This document shows positions 49,201 to 60,262 of a stretch of 64,000 bases of DNA, in pieces. The notes below the pieces were generated by a model. That model was not told the origin of the DNA, did no database searches, and saw nothing but the letters and a program-made list of their open reading frames with translations. Within the stretch, counting starts at the first letter, position 1; each line of letters starts with the position of its first letter. Source of the DNA: Peribolospora baueri. Taxonomy: Eukaryota. The position numbers were made by a program, and so were the translations under genes. The stretch spans positions 248,001 to 312,000 of the forward strand of contig JAMDHS010000008.1 of NCBI GenBank assembly GCA_029717555.1, written 5' to 3'.

Positions 49201-52200
49201 TCGCTCCCCGCAAAACGCGCGCCTTCTCCTTCGCGGGCGGCTCGCGCGAGTGGACATGGACACGCGGGACACGTCCCACCCGCTCGGTCGGGTCGGGTCG
49301 GTGCTGCTCGGCCCGGCCGGTCGGTAGGTCGGTCGCTCGGTCAGTCGAACGAATGAACGAAAGAACGAACAAACGTCACTGCGCGCCAAGTCAGATAGAT
49401 AGATCAGCATAGTATTCCCCAGCCAGGCGGCCGTGTAGAAGACGAGGGAACGGAAACGGCGCCCGCGTGCGCTCGCTCGCTCCGAACACGTCCACCATCG
49501 AACATCCAACGAACCCGTCGCCCGGCCATTTCAACAGGGCTCCTATCCCACCGCTGCTGGAGGCGGGCCTGGCGATCGCCCAAATGGATAGATAGTGAAC
49601 TACACATGCCAGCGCTCCACCCCACCCCAGGCGGGCAGCGCGCGTGCTCGGCTCGGACACCTCGAGGCGAATGAGTTATATCTGAACGAGAGAGAGAGGG
49701 AGAGGGTTAGACGGCGCGCGCCGACGCACGGGCGCTTTCCTTCGAGGCACTCTAGCACCTTGACTAGCTCTTTCGTCTCGCCTCGCCTCGCCGTGCTGGC
49801 GGGAGCCACGATGGGCTCGCGACGGTGGCCGCCATGGAGGAGCGTCTGAATGGCTCCTCGTCGCAAGTAAATATGCGCCGATGATAGATAGCTCTCGTCG
49901 TCATCCGAACGTCGCTACTAGAAATGAGACATGCAAGCAAGAGGTCTCGCGCGCCTGCCTGCCTGTGGGACGAGCGCTCGGTCGGCCCCGTGGGCATGGT
50001 AGGTAGGATAGGATGGATGGACGTTGGCTTGCGTGCGTGCTTACCGACGCGTGTCGGCCTAAGTCTCATCGGTGGGCAAGGGGATGGATGGTGATATGAT
50101 GAGGCTGCGACGTCGGTCGTCGCTTGTTATTCTCTCCCGCGGGACATCGGTAGGCGCGCTAGACCGACCGACCGATGGATGGATGACGGACGGCGCGCAC
50201 CTCCCTAAGGACGACCTGTCTGCCGTGCGGCTTCGAATTCCCGACTAGCTGGCTAACTAAGCAGTCCAGCGCCGACGGTCACCAGACTCGCGCTGGCGTC
50301 ATTGCTGGTGCTGTGGCTCGATGTCCCACATCAAACAGGATACGGGAGCGACGGAGCAGACACGGGCCGCCCAACTCGCTCGCGTTCGCCCTGCCTGCGC
50401 ACCGCACGTCGCACACGCATTGCACCCGGTCCTTACGTTGTAGACTATGTCGATAAAAAAAGACGAGGGACGGACCGGAACCATTCCTTCGCCTCGTCTT
50501 CCAAGTCACCCGTCGTGTGCCTCGCTATCGAAATCGAAGGCCGACCTTCCCGCCTCCTCTGATCGTCACTCCCCGCCCCGGTCCGCATTGCCGGCAAACC
50601 CTTCCCTCATCGTGCCAGAACAAAAACTGGACGTCGGTGGAGGGTGGGGTGGACCCTGCAAGCGCACCTGCCTACCTCCCTACTGTGCATACTCTACACG
50701 TGTTCCAGCCAGCCAGCAACGGCGGGCAGAGGCCGACGTGACGTGACTCCGGTGCGTGGACCGCCGCCACCGCAAGCCACCGCCGCCCGGCGCGGCAGAT
50801 CAAAACAAAACAAAACGCGCATTCTCGTCCTTCCCAACGTCCCACGTCAACGCCCGTCGGTCCACCGACCTTCCGAGCTGACCTCCACGATCTCGTCCCT
50901 GATCACCACGTCGGCACTGGACGCGGCATCTCACACGCGCATACGTACGTACGTGCATACCCGTTCAACCCAGTTCCAGTTCCAGTTCGTGGCCGCGATC
51001 GAGGGAGCGCGCTCCCCGCTCATCAGCGGGCGTTGGGCGAGGGCGCCGGCGGGCGTGAGAAAATGCGCTCCGGCCGTGTTTGTTGTGTGTTCCGCGTCGA
51101 AACGCAATAAAAAAAATTCCCACGATTGCGTTTCGTTTCGACTCGATTCGACATCGGAACACGCACCTTCCCCGTCCGTTCGTGCTTGCGTGCAAACATG
51201 GTCATTGGTCACCGGGATAGACAGACAGACGGTCGACGGCGGTTCGTCGAGCGGTCTGCGGGGCCATACGAGGTGTGCGTAGGTAGGCATGGTGTGCGCC
51301 TGCGAAGAGGTTCCGGACGATGTGACGGAGCGCGATGGCGCATGTGGCGCCGGGGCGAGGGAGACAATGAAACGGAGAAGCCCAAGTACCGAAGCGAGGG
51401 GATGAGATCGAGGCGCCCGTGCCCGTGATCCCCGACCCTCTTCCTGCCTGCTCGCCGTCGTCGCCATGGTGGCGCTGTCCGTCGTATTGATCACGCAGCG
51501 CACCGCCCCCCTCGACATCACTTCTCTATTTCACGTTGGTCGTGCGCGGCGGCGATCCTCGCGCAGCCCTTCTCGTTCGTCCCCCTTGGTAGGTCACTCT
51601 ACGCTGCGCTCGGATGCTGGACGGCGTCGGTGGGACGGACCGGAATCACGGTTCTCGCTCCACCCGACAAGGCTGGCTGGCGTCCATACCTCTTACATCA
51701 GCTCTCTGCCCATCTGTCTACGACTCATGCACCCACAGACTGCACTGCGCCTTCGGTCGCTCCGGGCCATGTTCGAATGGTTGCCGATGGCCGGCCGAGA
51801 GGAAGACGGCCGGGTGCGGTAAGTAGAAAGACGATGCGATGCGAGCAAGCAAGAGCGACTATGCGCGGCTGCTTATCACAACCAACCCCCGCACCATCGT
51901 ACATCGCACCGTCCGACGCACCCTTGGCATCGCCCACCCACCTGCGCCCTCCGCGGCCTGCCTTGCCTGCCCTGTGACGTGCAGTGTGACATGGGTCGAG
52001 ATAGCACCACACCGACCGCAGCCGCAGCCGCAGCTGGAGGAGACGCGGCCCGACGCGACGCGCAAAGCCACGCGAGCCCAAGTCGGCCCCGCCCGCATGG
52101 CCGTCGCGTGGCAATCCTAGCTACTGTCCGACCGGAGCGGACCGTCTAAAGGCCGAGGAAGAGGCCGAGCCGAGGTAGCTGCCTCCGCGTCGTCGCCTGT

Positions 52201-52759
52201 CCACGTCTACTGCATCTACTTACGGCCACGGGACGGACGAGGGGAGTCTGATACGCCTCTCGCCGGTGCGCTCCCCAAGGCGGCGGCTCAGGAACGACAG
52301 ACGGCGGCGCGAACGTCTGTCGTGTCGACACGAGGAGGCAGCGACTCTCGACGGAACGAACTAACGTGGGTGCTGCAACCGTTTCCGTCGCGGGACGTGA
52401 TGCTGGTGGGAGGACCGCTGGCTCGCTCACTCGCCTCGCTCGCCGCCAGCAGCGCGGTCGGTCGGCCGTCGCAGCCGCGTGCCTCAAGCTGCTCGGCCGG
52501 CGCGCCAACTGGTGCAGAAAACACGGACGGTGCATCCAGGCCTCGATGATGCATCACACGGCCTCCGCGGGCGGCGTCCGTCCAACAAGGCGCGTCGTCG
52601 CGCAGACCGAATTCTATCTAATGTGCTCAGCGATTCCGGTTCCACATCGGAAGGGAAAGCATGGAAACGCCCCCAAGGTCGCACACAAGGCCAAATCGTG
52701 GGCGTCTGAATCGCCCTATCTTGACGTTCTGATGCAGATCAAATTCGGGTAACCTCGCT

Positions 52760-54110
52760 GGCGTCGACTGGCTGGAAGACGCGGTAATGGCTCGACATCA
52801 CCTCTCGTCCGTCCAGGAGAGGGTCCTTAGGGTTTTGTCAGCACACTTCGATGTCCGACGGCCCGATCAAGGCGCTGTTCACACAAGTCCCAGTGTTGAG
52901 ATTCAAAGATGTTCCTCACGTACACGTCTGGCATGTGGCTCGGTGCGCTTTGAGTGCGGTGGCTGCGGTCCCTGATGGCGATGGCCGATGCACAGCCTGA
53001 GACTCTTAACGATGCTACCAGCGTCCAGCATCCAGCATAGGTACCAACACCTCGCCATGGGCCCGGTTCACTTCTAATGACTTTTCGTCTTGAAGTTGAG
53101 TTAAGAATCTCTCAGGCTCATCGACCAGACGTCTCCCGAGAACTAGCATGGCGGACCTAGAGCCACCCACCGGCAGTTGGAACGCCTGACCCTAGCACTG
53201 ACGGGTCTACCAAGGCGGTTCGAGTCAAATATATGCCCCAAACAGGGACCCGCCCAGTTGTCCTAGCTGACGAGGCCATGCTCAGGATCAAGACCAAGTC
53301 AACCAACCTCGTCGGAGAGAGAGCGGCTTGCGATGACCCGAGCCCTGAGGCAGTTTGCGAACGACGGGGAAGCGTAGTTGAGGGTGAGCGCAAGCGGTAC
53401 GTCCAATACTTCGCCAAGTAGAAAAGCTTCACGCTCAACCGCGGCACTTGGGAATTCGAAGACGACTTATTGGCAGATGATGCCGATGAGCTGATCGCTG
53501 AATGGAAAGCCTCGCGGCCCGCGCGGCCCACGATGCTGTCGCATATCCCTCCGCTAGCGACGCCTTTCCGGGACATTGCCTTATCCCCCACATCAGCTTC
53601 ACCGCCACTCACGCACGCAGGAGAGCGGTTCGTGGAAAGGCCCATCGCCTACCTTTCCCGCCTTATCCGTCCCGTCGAACAACGTTACTCCCTCACGGAG
53701 CTGGAACTGAGCGGATTAACTAGCCCCAACCAGTCGAGGTACGGTCCCCGACAGTAGTCCCACGTCGGAGGAGGGGATCAAACGGGGAGCGTCGGCATTC
53801 CGGTGCAGGTGGCCTGGCTTATGGACGATTGTCATGTCCGAAAGGAAGGGCTGCCGTTGGAGGCGGAATCTGTCGATCGCAGCGCTGTAGAGCGTCTCGG
53901 ATGAGGAGTGGAGGATCGATAGGAGAGCGGAGTGGTCGCTGACAACGAGGGAAGGGGAGCCTTCGAGGTAGTACTGGAGCTTGGTATGAACCAAGTCAAT
54001 CCGCTCAGTTCCAGCTCCGTGAGCGAGTAACGTTGTTCGACGGGACGGGTAAGGCGGGAAAGGTAGGCGATGGGCCTTTCCACGAACCGATCTCCTGCGT
54101 GCGTTAAGAG
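52760..54110. mobile_element. Degenerate, scrambled Ty3/gypsy (chromovirus) LTR-retrotransposon fragments
   Basis: On +: pre-RT linker-like LSSVQERVLRVLSAHFDV (about 52800), chromodomain YVQYFAK*KSFTLNRGTWEFEDDLLADDADELIAEW (about 53340-53510), and RNase H ERPIAYLSRL..EQRYSLTELEL (about 53610-53720). On -: RNase H ERPIAY..KLQYYLEG..SDHSAL..IVHKPGHLHRNADA (54104 to about 53780). Stops and frameshifts are present, and no LTR pair was found. Confidence 0.88.
53611..54104. repeat. 111-bp inverted repeat (arms 53611-53721 and 53994-54104)
   Basis: By direct alignment the arms are reverse complements with 4 mismatches, around a 272-bp spacer. Confidence 0.92.
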
Positions 54111-55004
54111 CTGACCTAATGACATGATAGGGTTAGGGACAGGCTGGAGATATAAAGACCACGGCGGCCTCCAGCCAATGATGAGGAATATCATCTCTTT
54201 TACCACCATTCAGCTCGTTGGCACCATTACAGCGGAAGGACAATCCGGCTGGCGAAAAGACGGAAACTGGTGCCATCGTGCGATCACTCTCCTGCGAACC
54301 CGCCGTCGTAATTGGACCTGGAAGCAGTAATTCATTCTTTTACCTTCTCGGACTCGGTGCACGCACTGAGGATCGTCGCAGACACTCCAGACATGGTCAA
54401 GGAAGCCGTCGGCGAGTCCGGTCTATGTCGTCGCAGGTAGAACGCGCTGGCGATCCACGAACGTTCTGCACCGCGTCGCATACTGGAAGTGGGGCGGCTG
54501 AAGCAGGCCGACTAGGCTAGCACTTGATCCATACCGGTAGACCTCGAATTGCTGCCTGCACTCCGTCGCGACTCGTGGGGACGTCTGTCTTCATCGAAAA
54601 ACGCACATTGTCACGCGGGCCAGGCGACAAGGCAGGGCTAAGCCTGCCTTTTGATATCGCCTTGAAAGGTCGAGACAGACACATTTGCGGGACGGAGGTG
54701 AACAGGCTCGCTTACAGCATTCCCCTTGACTCTGTCGCCAGGCGAAGCTTAACACGGACAAGGACGGGGGCGATGGAAGAACCGAATGAGGGTCGTGGGT
54801 GGAGGTCATTGACGCTGTGCGGGAACGTCGGGCAGAGTCAATGTGCGTCACGCACATGGACGGTTGCGTCAGAGCTCTAGCAGGCGTCCTGCCCTTGACG
54901 GTCTAGTGTTCCCCCTCCTAATTGACGTAGATCATCTTCATTCCAACCTTCCCCTCGTCCCCATCTCCGTCCGAACAGTCGCTCCTGCAAGTGCTCCCGA
55001 TCCT

Positions 55005-55397
55005 TCATAGGCGACACGCGGGGTGCCTCTCCTTGACCTTGGGCGGAGACCGCCCGTTCGCAGCGTACGCGTTCTCCCTGTTGAGCTGCAAAAGCGAACC
55101 GGTGTACGACACGCGTTGTCCGGCAACCGCGGTGGCTTCCTCGCCCGTGGCAGCGGATGTGGACGCCGCAAGAGAGGTCGCCACACCGTCAGCACAGACT
55201 GGGGTCGGTGAAAAGGATGGAAGCGAGCCCGTGAGACTTTCTTTCCCTACAGCCGACTTTGCTGCATTCTTTGGCTCACCGGGGGGTGCCGCCAGGTTAG
55301 GCTGCAAGGTGACCGCCCTCGCCGGCGGCTCTCCGGTCCTGCACGGCCATGGCGACGGCCGTGTCGAGCTACTAGGGACGTCACCGGCACCGGTCAT
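55005..55397 (-). CDS. Possible small orphan gene or pseudogene with one 81-nt intron
   Basis: ATG at 55397, GTGAGC donor at 55279, CTCAC branch-like site, pyrimidine tract, and CAG acceptor ending at 55199. TATA-like CTATAA near 55465. No recognisable domain. Confidence 0.3.
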   Translation of the reverse strand: MTGAGDVPSSSTRPSPWPCRTGEPPARAVTLQPNLAAPPGEPKNAAKSAVGKESLTGSLPSFSPTPVCADGVATSLAASTSAATGEEATAVAGQRVSYTGSLLQLNRENAYAANGRSPPKVKERHPACRL

Positions 55398-56448
55398 CTG
55401 GGACTCCAACTGGGAACACGTCTTGAGAATTGCGCACTGTTCACAGAAGATGGGAAGTCTGTTATAGATCGCTGAAAAAAAAAAAGAAGACGACGCCGCG
55501 CGCCGAAACGCTAAAAGGGCATATCACGACGTCGATCCGATGCGGAGCAGCCGGAAAGGAGAGACAGCGCAAAGTTGTGACAGGTTTCTTTGCTCAGCTC
55601 AGCTGCGAGCCGTGTTTCCAGATGCCTTCGTGCAGCCGTCGAGGCTGCGCGCCGTGACGGACGACACTCGACGTCCACATCTCTTTACGTCACCCCTGGC
55701 CTCCACAGTTCCGGCCGACGGGACGCTCTTGTTTGTTTGCGGAAACCATCCAAGATCGCTCGCTTTGAGTGAATGAGCGTCGAAGGCCGGGTGCGGAAGG
55801 AACAAAGAATCGAAAGCGTGGAGTGGAGAGTCGGACCGGACGCGAGGCGGTTGCCCGAGGGGGGCCACGTGGGCGTGGGAGTCTGGAGCGCTTGGCCTGC
55901 CTGTCTCTCCTCTGGAGCCGAGCGCGACTCGGACTTAGGGAACAACGGGCTGACGAAGGAAGGCGAAAAAAAAGGTCGGCCAGTCGTCTCGTCGTCGTCG
56001 CCGTCATTCATCTGTCTTGTCGTTCTATCACCATCACCATCGCCATCACCACCACCATCGCCATCGCCACGCCACCACCATCGCCACCTCATCCACACCG
56101 TCACCACCTTGATCACCTCCATCGCCGCCTTCGTCGTCACTATCAGCATCCTCGCCGACACCATCAACACCCTCGCCCACTTGCCCCTCGCCCCCTGCTA
56201 GCCTCCCTTCTCTCGCCTCGCTCGTCCACACCTCTCCCTCAAGCCACTCGCACCTCCTCCTCCCTCTCCGCTCTCTTTCATCTCCCCTCCTTACAACCCG
56301 TCTTCGCCCTACACTCCTCGCCCGCGCCGCATCCACAGACCCACGCCACTTTCCCATCCCGCACCGATTCCGCATCTTCGCGCGCCCACTCAGTCTTCTC
56401 TCTTTTACTCGCACTTCTACTCCTTTCATCCATATCCAGCTGCCCAGG

Positions 56449-57651
56449 ATGGCTGCTGTTGACCCTTCTTCCTCCTCTACCCTCCCCCGCGCCGCCGCCG
56501 CGGCCGCCGACCACGCCATCGCACAGGCCACCGCCGAAACTGCTCCGCCCAGCACCACCGCCACCAGCGACGCGCCCGAGTCCGCCCCCCAGACAGTGGA
56601 TGCGCCGTCACGCGAGGACGAGATGCGCACCGTCTTCCAGGACCCCACCAACTTCAACGTCAAGCATCCGCTTTACAGCTCTTGGACGCTCTGGTTCGAT
56701 AACCCCAGCAAAGGCGGTTTCGCGCCCAAGGGGTCCAAGGACTCCTGGGGCGACGACATGTCTAAGGTCATCAGCTTTGACAGCGTGGAGGAGTTTTGGG
56801 GGTGAGTGTCTTCCCCTTTTGCCCCCTCGCTTTTTCTCCCACGGATCCCTTGCCCTCGCCCGGCTACTTTCCGGAGTCCGCTTTGCTCGCCATGGGTTTC
56901 TCCGCTGTCTGGATGGACGATGGAGAGGAAGGTTAACGGTGGAAGGAGAAAACCATCCGGCCGAAGCTTTCGTCCGCATCCACCTCAGCACGGATGCATA
57001 CCTGACCGGGTTTGCATGTTGGTTTGCCTTGCGACACCTTTAACTCATCCGCACCCCTTGTCCTTTTGCCCATCGCGTCACCGCTCTCCCTCCAGTCTTT
57101 ACCACAACATCATCCCGCCATCCATGTTCGGCCAGAAGGCGAACTACTACCTTTTCAAAGAGGGCATTCGACCAGCATGGGAGGATCCGGCGAACACCGA
57201 GGGTGGCAAGTGGTCGATTCAGCTGCCGCGAGAGAAGTTCAAGGGCTCGATCGATAAGACCTGGCTGTTCACGGTGAGTGATCGACCGAGAGGAGCGAAA
57301 TTCGATTTCGGTCGGTTACCGAAGCTCATGGCGAATGATTCAATCCTACTGCAGATGCTCGCTGCTATTGGAGAAACCTTCGAAGCAAACCACACGCCTT
57401 CGCCTAATGATGACGGGCTGATCACCGGCGTGATCGTGTCCGCACGAGCAAACTTTTACCGAGTGAGCATCTGGACTCGGGCGGCGGACGACGAGCTGCG
57501 CGACCGCCTCGAGACTATCGGCCGTCACTTCAAGACGCAGGTGTTGGGCTTCCAGGTCGATCAGAAGCTCGGCTCTGGGCTCTTGACCGATGTTGAGTTC
57601 CAGAGTCACAAGGAGAGCGAGAAAAAGAAGGGCAAGAGGTGGATCATCTGA
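56449..57651 (+). CDS. CDC33: Translation initiation factor eIF4E (class I cap-binding protein)
   Basis: Exons about 56449-56801, 57095-57273, 57355-57651. Motifs KHPLYSSWTLWFD, FDSVEEFWGLY, YYLFKEGIRPAWEDPAN..GGKW, AIGETF, RVSIWT. Confidence 0.96.
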
Positions 57652-57664
57652 GTTTTGCCCTTGC

Positions 57665-57697
<33 letters not shown>

Positions 57698-58931
57698 AAG
57701 GAGGAGGATGTGGACGACGGCGCGGGCTGGACCGGCCGATCTGATCTGGGATCATGTTGGCTGGAAGGCGTCATGGGTTGACGGCTAGAGGGGACGAGGC
57801 TACTCGACCAGCATTGCGAGTCGAGGCTGCCGCCGTGAGCGAGAAGGGGGTCGGCTCGTATTGGAAGGAGGTCGAGCCGCTGACCGTTCTCGAGGGATCG
57901 AGCTCGCCGCAAGTCCTATCAACATCAGAAGCCGGAAAGCCGGCCCGCCTACCTCCCAAGGGCGCCATGTTGTTCTCGCCGCGCTCTGACCGTCGCCCGT
58001 CTCCATGTCCCGTGGATCGATCGCCAAGAACCCTCGCATCGTTCTGCGCTTCGTCCTTTCGCGCGACACAGCGACGCGCACAGCAACACGTCCGTCGAGC
58101 CAGCTGCACCACTGTCCGTCATGTCGTTCCCAGCACGCATCCAGCATTTTCAGTCAGTTTCTCCCTCGTTTCGCTCGCCGGACGCCCTCGTCCCGATTCG
58201 ATAGGGCGTCGCTCTTCCCTCTTTCTTGTCATTCTCCTCGTCTTTCCTCTTCTTTTTTTTCCGTCTTCCTTTCTCAAGCATCCGTCCCTCGTCGTCGTCT
58301 CTGTTTCTCTTAAAAATCGGTCGCTTCTTCGTCACCTCGGCCGCCGTGGACGTGAACCGACCGATGCATTGTTCTTCGACCTCGCCGACAGGCCTTTTTT
58401 TCGATTCGACTTTGCCCTTCTTTCCAAGCATCGTTTAATCTCTTCACCCTTCTTCTTCCATTTGCGCACCTTTGCCCCCACTTCGACTCGGACCCGACTT
58501 CCGAGCATGCGCTCCTTCCCTCTGCACCCCCACTCGGTTTTCTTCTTCCGCTCAAGATCCCTACTCCTTGCCTCCGCCTTTCTCTCCCATCCATTCATCC
58601 ACCCAACTGTCCGTCCATCCAACCAACTATCCAACCAACCAACCATCCATCCATCCATCCATCCATCCATAAATCCATCCCTTTCCTTTTCATCCTTTGC
58701 TCGTCTTGTGTATGATACCTCGAGTTGGGGAGCGGTCGGCGCGGCGTTGTGCGGCCATCCGATAACGTTGGGTGGCGAGAATATAAACATTGACCTCACT
58801 CGACGCCGTCGACGGGTTATCCGTCGCCGGTCGCAGCCGTGGTCGCAATCGGGTCGCGTTGCCCTGCTTGCCTGCCTGTCTGCCTGGCGTTGCGTGACGA
58901 GCTGTCTACGGCGGAGGTGGAGCTCGAGGAC

Positions 58932-58977
58932 GAGTCACTTTGGAGGAGTCACTTTGGAGGAGTCACTTTGGAGTCAC
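58932..58977. repeat. 14-bp tandem repeat (GAGTCACTTTGGAG) giving four GAGTCA (TGACTC) Gcn4/AP-1-type sites
   Basis: GAGTCAC at 58932, 58946, 58960 and 58971, about 160-200 bp upstream of the GNAT ATG. Confidence 0.8.
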
Positions 58978-59134
58978 GTTGGACTCGGCTACGTCGACGA
59001 CGGGCCCCACAAGAAAGGACGTTCATTTTAAAAGGACTCGAATCCCGTGGCCGATCGTCTTTGCGACCTCGTCCTCCCTCTCTCCTCTTCACGTCGCCCC
59101 GCCTTTCATTCTTCTTCCACCCGAGTCGCCCTCC

Positions 59135-59982
59135 ATGTCCCACTACCATCCAAAGGGCCTCGGTCTGCTCCCTTCCGAGTTCTACATCTCCACCGACAAG
59201 TCCCTACTAGACATAGACGCCATCTGGGCCTACCTCCACGGCGAGGCCTACTGGTCCAAGGACCGGACGAGGGAGAGACTCGAGAGGCAGGTCGCCGGGT
59301 GCTGTCTCGCCGTCGGGCTTTATGAGCGCGACGGTAGTAGGGACGGTAAGGGACGGCTGGTCGGCTTTGCGAGGGTTATCGGTGACGGAGAGGCTGTGTG
59401 AGCGAAGCGGCCGTTGTCGTTTGCCTTTAAACTTTGCTTTGCTTTGCTTTGCTTTGCTTTGCTTTGCTTTGCTTTGCTTTGCTTTGCTCTCTGTCTTGTC
59501 TTGTCGTGTCTTGTGGCGCGAATGCGAGCTGACCGATCCGTTCTTCCCGGCCGTGGGGACTCGCAGCGCCTACCTCACCGATGTGTTCGTCGTGAAGAGC
59601 CTCCAGGGCAAGGGCCTCGGGCGCTACCTCTTGGACGAGACGCTCAACGCCGACGGCAGGGACGAGGTGCGTGGTCGCTCGTTCGAACGAATATGAACGA
59701 ACGAATGGGACGGGACGGAGGGGAGGCTTGAAGGGTGCGTGGGTGCGGCGAGCAAGCCATCATCATCGCTCACGACCCGTCCTTGCTCCTCCCCTCCGTC
59801 ATCTTCGAACTTTTCTTCCTTCCTTTCTTCCTTCCTTCCTTCCCGTTCGTCCAACCCAGTGGTTCTGGATGCTCCACACCTCGGGTCGCGAAGCGTGGTA
59901 CGAGGAGTACTTCGGCTTTCGCCCCCAAGCTTCCGTCCATAGTTTCCGGGAACGGATGGGCAGAAGTCAGGAACGCCAGTAG
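59135..59982 (+). CDS. GNAT-family N-acetyltransferase
   Basis: Three exons. Motifs ISTDKSLLDIDAIWAYL..AYW, LVGFARVIGD, AYLTDVFV, acetyl-CoA motif QGKGLG, and WYEEYFGF. Confidence 0.88.
59431..59489. repeat. (GCTTT)n intronic microsatellite
   Basis: About 11 pentamer units in GNAT intron 1. Confidence 0.9.
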
Positions 59983-60262
59983 ACAGTAGTGAGCACGCGC
60001 GACGGGTTGCAATCCGTCCTGCGTCCTATGGACGACCAAAATTTTTCTTTCGCTCAGGACTGAGGAGGACGAGATGGGTCGCGAGCTCTGGTCAGGTACT
60101 TCATAGGATCGTCCACTCAGGTGGGCAGCTAGCAAATGTAGATTGGAACAGAGATCGGACATGTCTTGCTTCGTATCACAACCCTCCGTAGCATTGCCTA
60201 GAAGCGGCGCTGTCCCGGCTACACGAACAACGTGCGTGCAATCGAGCTGCTTGGCTTTTCGC

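Noticed and set aside
54609..55582. TGTCAC...GTGACA as a possible solo LTR
   Set aside because: Only 6-bp termini, the flanks (CACAT vs GGTTT) give no target-site duplication, and there is no second copy in the window.
55769..59031. 424/425-aa ORFs flanking eIF4E and the His-rich stretch at about 56030-56160
   Set aside because: UTR or intergenic low-complexity translations with no recognisable domain.
59030..59060. GGATTCGAGTCC T-loop-like word (tRNA?)
   Set aside because: No cloverleaf or A box around it.
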